The position numbers and the translations under genes were made by a program. A stretch of 64,000 nt of DNA from Botryllus schlosseri. Taxonomy: Eukaryota. How positions within the stretch are numbered: the stretch's first letter is position 1; each line of letters begins with the position of its first letter. Shown piece by piece: positions 13,838 through 25,985 of this stretch. The DNA is taken from contig CM119371.1 in NCBI GenBank assembly GCA_051294905.1, positions 23,252,001 through 23,316,000 on the forward strand. Direction: 5' to 3'. Below the pieces are notes generated by a model. It worked only from the letters and a program-made list of their open reading frames with translations, searched no databases and was not told the origin of the DNA.

Positions 13838-15099
13838 TTCTCTTCAATTTCATATATCTGAAAATAATGTTGTAACAATACGACTGATTTCATAACAAAA
13901 CGAACGTTAGTTTTTTAAAATGACATTTTTGCGAATAGAGACCTAATGCAGTCTAAGAAGCAAATAATTAGTGAAATATAGCTGCATTCAAGGACTCGTG
14001 TTTTGGAATTAAGGTAAAAACCCATTCGTGCACTTTAGGATTTCCCTTGCTCTGCCAGAACACTACGACATCACGCTAAATGCAACTGGATATACGATGG
14101 GTTGTATCGGAAAGGATATACCTAATGTATAAGAAAGAACTAAGAATTGCAGAGAATGGATGTAGACAATAAATTCACAAACTTATATCCTGATAACGAC
14201 CGTTTTATGTAAACTCATTTATTGAATTCACGAGAACGCCATCAGCAACATAGTTGATTTGAGCACGCCATGATTAAGATGTTTTCAAACAACGCTTGGC
14301 ACGTTCGTATCAATAATCTAAATATAGTTGCTGATTCACTAAACTCAACCATGTAACCGCTGAAATACCGCAATACAAAGAATCCTGCAATTACTTAATC
14401 GTTCAAGCCTTCAGTTGCACTCTTTCCTCGGTCATTTGCGACGGAGTAGCAGATGGTGAAACGCGTGTGCAATCATTGTAATGATAAGTCGTAAGGATTT
14501 GGCAAAAGTATTCGTACTCAATGAGATGGCTGATATAGTTTCTTATGCGTCGAGGATCAAAACACGTCAACAACGCATGTGGAAGTTTCGCGATCGTCAC
14601 GCACGAAATAATGTGGAAATCTGACTTGAAAGTTACAAGAAACGCCAGCTGACTATTAATGGTATGGTCCAGACAGCATGTTCCACTGAAGCAAAAACGT
14701 CTTCAGACCGTTCCCATTTAACCTATATTATTTATCAACTTATATTCGTCAACAGCTCGTGTTAATGTCAGAAAAAGTGTACATTTGCGACCACACACAA
14801 TGACACATAGGGACAATGATGTGGTGATTATGTCAGTCAGAATCACAATCGACGACATCACTCCACAGTGTAAAAGAACAAATATTCGGGCAGTCAATTT
14901 GATGGAAACAATAGAAATATATACTTGAAGAAACTGGAATAGCTGAAGAACTCTTATACCAAGTAATGACCATGCAATACAATATTATCGGCAGGTCGTT
15001 TCGCATGGTTATCGGGACAACAGACTTGGCACCGAGACATACCTCTCCAAGTAGGCACTATTACCAGAGTGTTGGGCGTCTTGCAGGTAGCATTGGAAC

Positions 15100-15292
15100 C
15101 AATCTTCCCTTTAATTGTTGACGAGCCTGCGCACACTCACCAACTCACTTCGCAGAACTTGGACAACAGTGCGTGACGACTGAAAAAAATGTCATCAGTT
15201 CAGATTTTTTGTGCGCGACTCAGATTTTCTGCGCGCGGAGACCGTGTCAGCAATGTGCATTTGCGCACGTTCGCAGCTTAGAGGGAACAATC
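15100..15292. mobile_element. Short hAT MITE (TIR CAATGTTCCCTCTAA family)
   Basis: Degenerate TIRs, TSD ATTGGAAC/CTTGGAAC, TGCGCA-rich subterminal repeats. Confidence 0.75.
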
Positions 15293-16464
15293 CTTGGAAC
15301 CTATTTGCCGAGAACCCAGTCTTGAACCATAACGGTTCAGTGTATTACACATGATTTCCAAAGTAATAACACTGGAGAGCGACGGCTGTTGTCATTGAAA
15401 CCATTGGCACGGAGTCTGCCCCCGTGAGAATTTTCTGGTATAGTTTACCGATTTATAGACACTGTCCTGACTTAAAAACTGAGTGCATCGCATTAAATAC
15501 AGGATGCACGGTGCTTATGACTTCCGACCGGAATGACGTGTTTGGAATTCATAATCTTAGGGAACGCGCCCGCCCTACAACCATTGCGAACAAAGCCCAG
15601 CATAACCTTTCGTTTCATACTACTGAACGCGAACATTACGAAGAAAAAGAGAAAAACGGGCATGTAATGCATCCTTGATGATTAATAGAGACTTGAAAAT
15701 AATGGAATTTCGTGAAAAAATTTTTCAAAGATTGAAGAACTTAATCTGTGACCGTGCTCTAGTTTATTCTGCATGGCAGATTGCGTGGAAGTTGGATCGT
15801 TGAATTTTTTTTTAGATTTTATTACTCAATTAAAATTAAACGTATTAGTTATGAGGCTATATGGGATACTTGATCGCCACCTAATGGCAATGAGATGGTG
15901 GAGCGTTGATATAAACAAGAAATTTCACATCGCGGATCAGGTAGGATTGTGTTGCATATCAAGGTTGGTGTGTTCGATATTGAATTCTTCGCTTTCCGTA
16001 AGGTAGGTGACTTATATAACTAGTTACCTACATGAGCGTTTCATACACATGAGATGAACTGCAGTCCACTGGTTCTCAACCTTGTTGACCTTGCGAATCG
16101 GCATAAAACTGTGGCTGAAGGTCCGAATAATAAACAGATCACTTCATGACTCCATGATACAACGGATAATTTTTAGTTAGTGAAAATGATAATAAATAGG
16201 ACGTAACGTTGTAATCAACATCCACATTCACAGTACATATTGAAGCTGCGTAACTCGCAAAATATTAAAACGTATCATTATTTTCGTTATCGCGAAAAGT
16301 GTCTTCTCCCAAGTATCTGGATCAGTGGTTCCCTATACCTTTTGGATGCCGGAGCCGCATTTCAAACTTCAGAGTACGTATGGAGCCGCATAACAACACT
16401 CGAGTGGCTACTTGAACCGAATACACGAAGGGAGCTAGCCTAACTCTGGATTTCACCTTCCAGC

Positions 16465-17955
16465 CAATGTTCCCTCTAAGCTGCACACGTGCGCAAATGC
16501 GCAGTGCTGAAACGGTCTCTGCGCACAGAAAATCTACGCTGCGCACAAAAAATCAGAAATGATGTTTTTTTTATAGTTGTTGTGCACTGTTGTCCAATGG
16601 ACCACGCAGGCGCGCAGATTCATGAAAATTAAGATAGAACATTGCCAGGGCCAAATAGTGTTATCACTGAAGTCTGAAACCGAGGTACAAGTGCGCCCCG
16701 CAAAGGTAACTATTGCGCTCCGTGAAGAAATGAGAGTTCACAATCACGTGCGCCTCACGGAAGATATTTTTTTAGTATGGCCTCGTACACGTAAGCGATA
16801 CTGATATCATTTCAATAGCGCATTATTTTCTTGGAATGGCGAAATAACATGGTTTAACAAAGTTATGAATAACAATGGGCTAGCTCGAAAGTAAATCTGC
16901 GAGAAAGTAACGAATGATAATCTTCTCCGCGTGGCATGAACATTGCGTAAGATTTACTCAGGACCGTAACTTTCGCACCCCAAACCCCCCAATTGGAGGG
17001 GCCGAGCTCGAAGGGGGTCCAAAATTATTTCGAGAATTAATACAAATCATGGTGTATTTTTTGAAATTTTTCAGGATTTTTTTTCGCGCTACGCGCGTTT
17101 TATTATTGTAAGATATCTTATTATTGGGTACCTTTTCCCAACAAAAATTAGGCATGATTTATAGAAATGGGCAGTTGGGCGTCGGCCATTACCGCGCCAA
17201 GGCTATGTAACATGCGAATCCAAGAAGTCCGCCAAAATTATCAGCAGCGAGAAAACCTTGGGCGAAAAAGACTGCCCCGGTGCTGACCGAAAACTTCGAT
17301 ACATACAAATATATCTGTAATTGTCCATGTCCATTGGCGCCTAAATGGCTGGCGCCGAATGTTCCTGTCCTGGCAAACCGAGTCCCACAACAAGACAAAT
17401 GCCATATCGAGGGAACATTATTTTCCAGTTAAGAAATACCAATTTGAAATCGTGAACGTCTTTTACTTTAGTACGTTTTGGCGATTTCAATATCTTTTGA
17501 CATAGCAGACAGGGGGTCACGAAATAGCATCATGTAACGAAGTCATTATATCAACGGGTATGCCCGAAGATGTTTTATTACTATTTAGAGGGCCTATCTA
17601 TTCCAACACACCTCACTGGATCAGCTCTACCGGTAAATCTGATTATGTGAGCAGGAAGAGCATAAAAATTGACAGCAATATATATATGCAATTCCCGATC
17701 ATATTGGCCGATGCAATCATGAATTACAATTTTGTTTCGCGCTTCGCGTGTTTAGGACGCTACTACTAAATGGGCACCCAATGTACATGATAAGTACCGG
17801 AAGAAGCCTAGAGCCGCAGGGGGGTCTGGGGGGCGAAGCCCCCCAATAGTTACTTTTATCACCCTATTGGAGGGTGGTTGCGCACTGTTGTCCGAGGGCC
17901 TGCGCAGTGAGTTGACGTGTTTGCGCAGACTCTTGAAAAATTAGAGGGAACATTG
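16465..17955. mobile_element. hAT element (TIR CAATGTTCCCTCTAA) carrying a nested copy of the 11001 family (~16959-17902)
   Basis: Perfect TIRs CAATGTTCCCTCTAA / TTAGAGGGAACATTG and perfect TSD CTTCCAGC. Confidence 0.88.
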
Positions 17956-18693
17956 CTTCCAGCTACCTCAAAAGCATTGCACATATACTTCTACAGATCG
18001 TATATCGGATATTTTAGCATTGATAGACGCTAATTGGCGAATACTGTACATTGAAATAAACTGAGAATGTATATCATTACTGCAACGTACTAGGCCTATT
18101 ACGTCGTCGTGCGATTGCTCTTCATACATTCGAGCGCATAATACACAATTTTGCGGGGGATTATACGCCGAGTAATATTGGATTTATTGTAATTCATACA
18201 TGACTATGAGCCTTTATTTTGATGTTAGTAAAACGGTGTAAAATTTACTCTTCACTGAGACGATATACAGAGGTCTATCACCAGATGAAATCAGATATAT
18301 ACATGTCTGACGGGTATTCATCCATGCGTCTGACGCTAGTCTGCAACAATTCTCATTTCCGGTTTTCAGAAGCGGGCTTGTTCGGCTTTAGACATAACTA
18401 ATATCCCTCATTTTAGCATACTATAGTTATTCTCAGAAATAAACAGCAACTGTCGTTTGTGGCATTTTAGAAGTCAATCAGAGCCGCGAGAAAGCTGCCT
18501 TAGAGCCGCATGCGGCCCTGAGAGCGTTGGTTAGGAATCGCTGATCTGGAATTGTGCAGATACATTGATTATTTCTGGTTCGTGTCGATTTATCATCCAA
18601 CGCTGGTGTGCACCTTGACAGAGCCCCATCTATATTGCTTTTATTGTTGACTATCTCGAAAACCCGTCTGTGAAGACAACTCAATCGGTCGCC

Positions 18694-19671
18694 ATGATGT
18701 TCGCAAGGATATGCTCCGCAATATGTGGCTACTGCTGGAATCAAATAGACTATGAAGCGATCGACGTCTTGATGCTAATGAACTGTGTGACATCAGCGTA
18801 TACGACTATAGTATACTTGAGTGACGCTAACTTTTCGGAGGGAGTTTGGATTCCACTCCTCACTACGCTAAGTCTGCTGTTCGGTTATGCTGTGACTGCG
18901 TGGGTGTCGTTGTATTCTTTTGCGGCGCGGTATTGCACGGAAGATGTCGCACAGTGGAGGGAGGAGGTAGCCGGAAATTATGTGGCCGCGAAACTGCTGC
19001 AAACTGTTTTTCAGTCAATTCCCCAACTTTGCCTTCATCTGTATACACGGATACCTTATGCCGAGCAGGTGGACGTAGACAAAGCTGAATTTTATTTACC
19101 TATTCTAATATTCAGCATGTCAATAATGGCAGGGTTGCATCTGCCGCATGCAGTTTACCTGGAATACAGGGACATCCCTAGTTCATTTCGAGAATTTTTC
19201 TTCACTTTTTCGAGCCGGGCTGCATTGTTCGCTGCAAAAATGACGTTCTTAATGCAAGTAACGTATGCTATGGGATGGTGGACTTTTGCTTTTATAGCGG
19301 GGCATTGGTTCGTGCGTTTGGTGACACTTTTGTGCTATAAAGAAAACGACAGTCGTGACTCCTTCGCGCGTTGGTTTCAAAAGTGTTCAAGCATCAGACT
19401 GTTAGCCTGGTACTATATTTTCACCCCGTTGTTGCCGTACGACGGCACTGAATCTTCCATTTTCAAGGTGTGCTATTTCGCGGTAGATCAGCTCCTGCAA
19501 GCCTTCCTCTCGAGCATATTTTGTGACGACGCGTATTTCGAATATATTCCCGAATGTTTTATCGGCAATGAGAAAATACAACTGATGAATTTTGTCGGTA
19601 TTAGTCATTTGCTGGTGGCGGTTTCTATCCACGGAGTACGATATCGACGTACTCGGTACTTTACCGCGTGA
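18694..19671 (+). CDS. XK-related-like multi-pass membrane protein, paralogue D (325 aa)
   Basis: Start taken at ATG 18694 (MMFARIC) by comparison with the 35494 copy. LQTVFQSIPQLCLHLY resembles the Xkr ExFLESAPQLxLQL motif, FIAGHW resembles FIVLHW, and YYIF resembles IYIF. Confidence 0.9.
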   Translation: MMFARICSAICGYCWNQIDYEAIDVLMLMNCVTSAYTTIVYLSDANFSEGVWIPLLTTLSLLFGYAVTAWVSLYSFAARYCTEDVAQWREEVAGNYVAAKLLQTVFQSIPQLCLHLYTRIPYAEQVDVDKAEFYLPILIFSMSIMAGLHLPHAVYLEYRDIPSSFREFFFTFSSRAALFAAKMTFLMQVTYAMGWWTFAFIAGHWFVRLVTLLCYKENDSRDSFARWFQKCSSIRLLAWYYIFTPLLPYDGTESSIFKVCYFAVDQLLQAFLSSIFCDDAYFEYIPECFIGNEKIQLMNFVGISHLLVAVSIHGVRYRRTRYFTA

Positions 19672-19677
19672 TCATAC

Positions 19678-20638
19678 CAGTGTTGGGATCAAGTCACTAC
19701 CTTCGAGTCACGAGTCATCTCGAGTCATTGCACATTTTGACTCGAGTCAAGTCAAGTCAATCGATTTTCAAAGGTGACTCGACTCAAGTCAAGTCACTCG
19801 ATTTTTGGAGGTGACTCGAGTCAAGTCGAGTCAAGTCAAGTCAAGTCACGAGTCAAGTCACGATTCAAGACAAAGTGAGCTTTCGAAGTATGAGTGATGA
19901 CGCAAAGTCATTACATTTTGCTAACTGGGTGATTGACAAATTAATTTATCTTGAATCAAATAACGAATAGAAAGTTAAATATACATGCAAAAAGGTGTTG
20001 CGTCGCTCACACACACGTAGAACTGCTAATAAAATACGCGAGTAACTGTATATCTACATTCTTCATGCTACAGTCTGATTTTATTAGCCAATATAGAGTA
20101 TCGAATATGAAGCCTCGATAAGTTGAACAAATTGATGTGCTACAATAGGCACTACCCCTCTACACATATACGGGCATAAACTATATTCGTTCGATTTAAA
20201 TCATATAAAAGTGTTGGCAAAGGTGAGCACTGCGCAATGTAAGCACTGAGCCGTCTAAGAAACATCGATACTACTGCTACTACATCGTAAGCAGTGATCG
20301 CGTCGTTAGCGGTCAATTTATCTGTGATGTAACAATCGAGGATCAGTGAAACGTACAATCAGTGAATGACTGATTGCTCTCATAGGTTACACCGACGTAT
20401 CGCGGACAACTCGAACATACATAAGATAAGGGTGATTCAATCGACACCGTTTACTTAATGACTTGAAATTGACTCGTTAATTTTGCTCCGAGTTACGAGT
20501 CAATCCACATTTCTGAAGCGCCGAGTCAAGTCAAGTCAAGTCATTTTTGCAAAGTGACTCGAGTCAAGTCAAGTCATACGAAAAAGGTGACTCGAGTCTG
20601 ACTCGAGTCAAGTCATGACTCGAGTCATCCCAACACTG
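19678..20638. mobile_element. hAT MITE with (GAGTC/AAGTC)n subterminal arrays, inserted at the stop codon of paralogue D
   Basis: TIRs CAGTGTTGGGAT / ATCCCAACACTG, perfect TSD GATCATAC (19670-19677, 20639-20646). The empty site is visible in paralogue F. Confidence 0.92.
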
Positions 20639-20972
20639 GATCATACCATGTCTTCGCTTTTGCAAAATCATATAAATGTCCGTCTATCTGTGGTAATTTT
20701 TCGCTATTATTCGTGCAAGGCTATAAAATAAAACGAATTTACATGAATCGTCAAACATCGCTACATGATGGATCAGCTCTACAAGACACGTCCGATGGCA
20801 TACTATAATATACATATGTAATACGCATATACATTCTGCCGCAGGAATCCAATGCGGTCTATGATTTGATGTGAATTATTTTATATAATATAAGTGTTGC
20901 TCAACCTGAAAAATTGAACACGAAACGTGAGCCAAAAATGGAACGCCTATGAGTGTTGCGAAGTGTTTAAAT

Positions 20973-22306
20973 CAGTGGTTCTTAACCTTTTTTCCTCCAG
21001 CGCCCCCTTACGAAAATTATCGTGCTCTCCCACCTCATATTGCAAGGACTGTAATAAAGATCACGGGTAAGAGGGAGTGCCGTAACAGCACCTCGTCAGC
21101 CCCCTAAAAACGATTGCCTCGCAAACCCATAGCTTGATAAACCAAACTTCTGAGGGCTTAGCCGTCGCGTGATTTCGTTGGTCATCATAATTTGGGGCAA
21201 CTGGTGGCCCTAGGCGGTAAAATTTTCTATAACGCATGCATGTCTAGGTGGTAATTGCATATATATGTCGCTATAAACTTTTTATCCTCTCAGTCCATGT
21301 AATCAGATTTACCAGTAGCGCTGAATGAGATGTATTGGAAAATGAATGCCACGTAATTATTAATTAAACATATACAACTATGTAATGTATAGTTGTACAA
21401 CATGTACAACTATTTTATTACATGTTGTCATTTTGTTACCTCTTGTCCGCTGTACAGTCAAAGATATTGAAACGCATAAACGTAATAAACTAAAGTAAGG
21501 ACACGATTCAAAATTGCTATACTTCTTCACACTGGCAAATAATTTTCTCTGGTAGATGTTATTTGTCTTGTGAGGTGGAGATTGTGACGACATGATAATT
21601 AGGCACGAGTGATTTAGGCCCCTATGGAGATTGGACAATTAGACTTATATGCATCGAATTTTACGATCAGCATAAGGGCAATCCTCTTCGGCTAAGGTTT
21701 TCTTGCTGACGATCTTTTTGACACATTTCTCGGAGTCCCATATTGACCTGAGTTTCATATGTATCTGTACATCGTGGCGTGGTAATGGCCGACACAGAAA
21801 GGCCTATTTCTATTTTCTATAATTATAAGTATTCTTCCGAGGAGAGTCGTCAAAACATGATGTGTAGTTTATATTCATTCAACGAAATAATTTGGGGCAC
21901 TCTTCGAGCTCACCGATTGCGGATTTGGGTTGCAGCAGTTCAGTCCTGGTAAAACATTTTTGTTGAAAATAACCCTAGCAAGCGTGACGGTATGTGTTTT
22001 AACGGGAGAATGGTGATCGAAAGTACGCGCAATTCGTTTTACATGAATTATAATAACCCATTACATTTATCAAAACACATGTAGAAAACATCGTCACGTA
22101 GCGCGACCAAAAAATTCGGGATTTGACATGTTTTGTGCAATGTTAATTTGCTCTGGATACTCATTAAAGATTGTCCTACTACCATATCATCTACTGCGAA
22201 GCCATTTTTGTTCAGCGCCCCCCATATCGCCCCTTGAGCGTTTCCACCTCCTTCGAAGTCGCCAGAGCCGCTTGGGGGGCGTTGGAGGCAAGGTTAAGAA
22301 CCACTG
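20973..22306. mobile_element. hAT (Buster-like) composite MITE
   Basis: TIR CAGTGGTTCTTAACC and perfect TSD GTTTAAAT. Sister of 56968..58926. Confidence 0.9.
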
Positions 22307-22491
22307 GTTTAAATTAAAAGTGTAGACCTAACAAACGTTCAGCCTGAAAGTGGCTGGTTGACTAGACACCAGAACGCAGGGCTCATAATAAAATCACATT
22401 TTATTGATTCATTATTAAATGACAGTTGAACAGCTTCTTTGAGGTACAGAACTTCAATATACAATTGAATAGTATATTCATATTGAAATGA

Positions 22492-22525
22492 ACCCGAATA
22501 TTTTCGGCTGACACTCGTCAGGGGT
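22492..22525 (-). ncRNA. Minimal type I hammerhead ribozyme motif, inverted copy
   Basis: Exact reverse complement of 22600..22633. Confidence 0.75.
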
Positions 22526-22599
22526 AATCGTCAGCAACTAGTAGAGAATTCGAAAAATATACGCTGTTCTTTCGAATTCTCTACTAGTTGCTGACGATT

Positions 22600-22633
22600 A
22601 CCCCTGACGAGTGTCAGCCGAAAATATTCGGGT
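22600..22633 (+). ncRNA. Minimal type I hammerhead ribozyme motif (Penelope/retrozyme type)
   Basis: Reads ACCC-CTGACGA-GTGTCAGCC-GAA-AATATT-C-GGGT: stem I ACCC/GGGT, core CUGACGA, short stem II closed by G-C, GAAA, palindromic stem III AATATT, UUC cleavage triplet. Confidence 0.75.
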
Positions 22634-23307
22634 TCATTTCAATATGAATATACTATTCAATTAAATGACAGTTATAATACCCAACCTGGGTGAATAAATA
22701 TGTGCAAAAATTCGAATGTCCACTAGCTGCTGTGACAGGGTTTCATTAATTCGAATCAGCAGTTGAAACCGTTTCCGGGTTGGTCAATGAAATTACGAAC
22801 ATCACAAATAGTTCAGAGCAAACAAACTGCAAATATCATGCAACTCACTCAATCATGGGAATGAAAACGAATGCATTGGGATAGTGATAACAAAATATCA
22901 TTTGGTATCCTAAACTTTCGTGACAGGGGCATCGATTCATTGGCTACGTTCATTAGCGGAAAATATGACCAACACAAATCATTGCATCTTATTGAATACT
23001 GACCAAACTATGGTTTGTAAATTCAATATTAACCTACAAAGCAGTATATATCTGTATCACTACCGTGAAAACCAGCCATAAGTATTTGTTGACTCTTAAT
23101 GAAATTGGGCCTGCTAACCAGGCATCAAAAATATTCTAGTGCTTGCATTACAAGTAATTATATCAGGTTAATGCCAATCACTTTTAGGTTAAAAAACTAA
23201 GAAATTGTTTCTACGAGTGCATACAAATTTTGCAGACTTGAATAAAAGATTTTGTTGTCCTGTCCAGTCTGTTGCAAAAAAATAATCAAATCTGGAAGTG
23301 ATTAAGG

Positions 23308-23600
23308 CAGTGTTGTTCTCAAACTTTTTGTACAGGCCCCTTTTATTATAGAAAAAAATTCCACACACTCCTCATCTTCATATCATAAAATAAAAACCAG
23401 AACGCTGGAAATCCCAACGGATAGTTTGATGGCATTGAAGGTAATGTTGATGAGAGAATATTCAAATATGAAATTCTCACTATACACAGAGAAATACGAA
23501 TGAGCTGGAGGTAAATCTCGCGGAGCGCAAACAAATTTTAGTTGACTGAGCCATCGCATCTCCTTCAAATGCTTTCACGCATCCTGTTTGAGAACCACTT
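23308..23600. mobile_element. ~300-bp hAT MITE
   Basis: CAGTGTTGTTCTCAAAC ... GTTTGAGAACCACT ends. Homologous to ~2470-2767, 37554-37796, 38620-38803 and 40256-40554. Confidence 0.7.
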
Positions 23601-24123
23601 CTTTAGGGTATGACAAATCGAATGCATAGCAGCTCAAAATGTCAACAATCTCTCTGAATACTTCATCTTCACTGAATAAGTTCATATTCTTGCCATCAGC
23701 TGCAACCCAGGCTTGATGAATCTCTGATTCCTGGCGTGGCATGGTGTCTCCATCTTTTTATTAGTCGACTTCAAGTGGTGCTCCTTGAAAATTGAACATG
23801 CCAAGGAAGTTTCCAAATTTAATGCATAAATATAGATATTACAGACAGGTATATTACAGGAGCACAGGAGAGGCGCTAGGCTACATGTGAAATCCTATCA
23901 ATCACTGACTGAGTAAGACTGGAATTAGCAATACGACTAATAAAAATATCTTTTATCTAAATTTGTATGGCCCACAAAACAGAAACAATACCTGATTCAA
24001 TGATAAGACATGCACTCGGGTCTTGGATTGTATCCGTTTGTCTCTCAATTAGGCTTGCAAAAGAAGACAGTTGCCTTCATTAACCTCATTTTGCTGAATA
24101 TAAAATTGATCACAAACAAGATC

Positions 24124-24315
24124 AGACGTTCCCTCTAATGTTTCAGGAGTTTGCCCGCACTCACCAACTCACTGCACGGTCCCTTGGACTACAGTACGCA
24201 ACGACTAAAAAAGGTCATCACTTCTGATTTGTTGTGCGCAGCTTAGATTTTCTGTGCGCAGAGACCGTGTCCGCACTGCACAATTGCGCACATGCGCAGC
24301 TTAGATGGAACATCG
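24124..24315. mobile_element. Short hAT MITE of the 15100/16465 family
   Basis: GTTCCCTCTAA ... TTAGATGGAACATCG ends and the same TGCGCA repeats. Confidence 0.7.
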
Positions 24316-25985
24316 GCGATAATAGTAATTCCTATGGGTTCACATTCCCATTATGATAATTGACATAGGCTTCACCTATGACTCTCATTCTAAGATTCTA
24401 AGATGCTGCTTTGAATTTAGGCGAGAAAACATATCAGACATAGGACACGTCGATTATCTTTAGTACGAAAACCTTGTGACATCTTATCGAAGGTGCCGTT
24501 TCCTTCATTGCAGTAATTGTAACTGATGTCAATCTTTCGAAATACTTCTTTCGTGATTAAATTTAATTACCCCAATCAATTGGAATTAGCAGGTTATGGG
24601 AAAAGCTCCCAATCTGACCTTTATCTAGTCCGTTATAGTTCAGTAAGCAATAGTTTAAATACAAGTTACACGAGCTCAATACGTTCAACTACACCTCTGT
24701 TCCATGTACGTACACAGATGAAGCCTTTTTCAGCTAATGGCGCATAGCTCGTAGGCTACTAGATAGTATCGCAAAAAATACAGTATATTACAAACAATGG
24801 TGATATATTAAATTATTAAATAAGCTTACATATTCACATGTTTTCATGGGTTCTTGAGACAAACGAATGTATCGCATAAGATGACTACACCAGTACAAAA
24901 TTCGTTACGAATGACTCCTCACGCCACTGTAAACATTGACTGATAGCGCAGGCACGGTAGAACCAGGGGGCTCCTTTCAAAGAGTCGACGTCAGTTGAAC
25001 GAATATGAGGATCAATCAAGACTGTTGAAAAAAAAAGTTGTTTCATATATTCGCAATACAGGTGAAATATTCAGTATTCACGCATACATCGGACTGGATA
25101 CAATTGTGGGTAGCAGAAAGGTGTCTTTCATACAATATTATGAAATGGAAAGTTGCACGCGGCTTTACCGCCAATTTCACTCCAGCAGAAGTGCAGTGGT
25201 GCCTACATTTATAATTACTATAGGGCGATTACTTTTACCTAAAAAACTTAATTTTGTCCAAATTTGACCTAACGTATGCAAATTATGCGATTTCCCACAT
25301 AGTGTTCGAAATTGACCACTTATCTTCATTGCTGGCGGGAACTGTTTGTCCTTGCGAATTAGTTCTCTCGTGGCTCTTTCGTCAATTGTATAAAATCTGC
25401 ATGGCAAAATGCTCAGGGACAATGTTGAGTGAGTTCTAATGAACGGAAGTGTGGGGGGTGGGTGACTTTCTCTGAAAATGGGAGATTTCAAATCGAAATC
25501 AGACAAGCGCAATACATTTGTGAAAGGTACTAGTTTCATACTTGAGGATTCTGCAATACAAAAAAATTGGAAAATTTTGCGGGTCCAGTAGTACCTTAGG
25601 ACCCTCCGATTATTTCTGTGCACTAAATTGCGTTACTACCGGACCAACTAGGAATAATTCTGGGAATTACTTCAGCGTAATTCCTTGGATTTCACTGATT
25701 GTTTATGTGTCCGACGTCGCGTCGCGTCACAGTGTTGCAGTATTACGGCAGAACCATCACAGTGTGTGTGCAAGACAGTTTATGTGTTTGTTTTAGACGA
25801 CCATAGAAACGCCCGTATATCGAAAGTAGAGTTCTTGCTGGTAATACCTGCTGTAGGCTCATATCATATTAACTGAATTTACGAATATCTTAGTATACAA
25901 ATATGTTTTATGTGGTGGTTTATCGTTACTTATTTACTTTCAATGCTCTCGCTTAAATTCGCAGTAATAACCCATTTCCTTCCTA

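Larger units (their letters stand above)
22463..22662. repeat. Perfect inverted repeat, 93-bp arms, 14-bp spacer
   Basis: 22463-22555 is the reverse complement of 22570-22662. Direct repeat ATTAAATGACAGTT at 22414-22427 and 22660-22673. Confidence 0.95.

Noticed and set aside
19685..20630. Short repeated GAGTCAAGTCA units resembling a CRISPR or satellite array
   Set aside because: No constant repeat with unique spacers. These are subterminal repeats within a TIR/TSD-bounded element in eukaryotic DNA.
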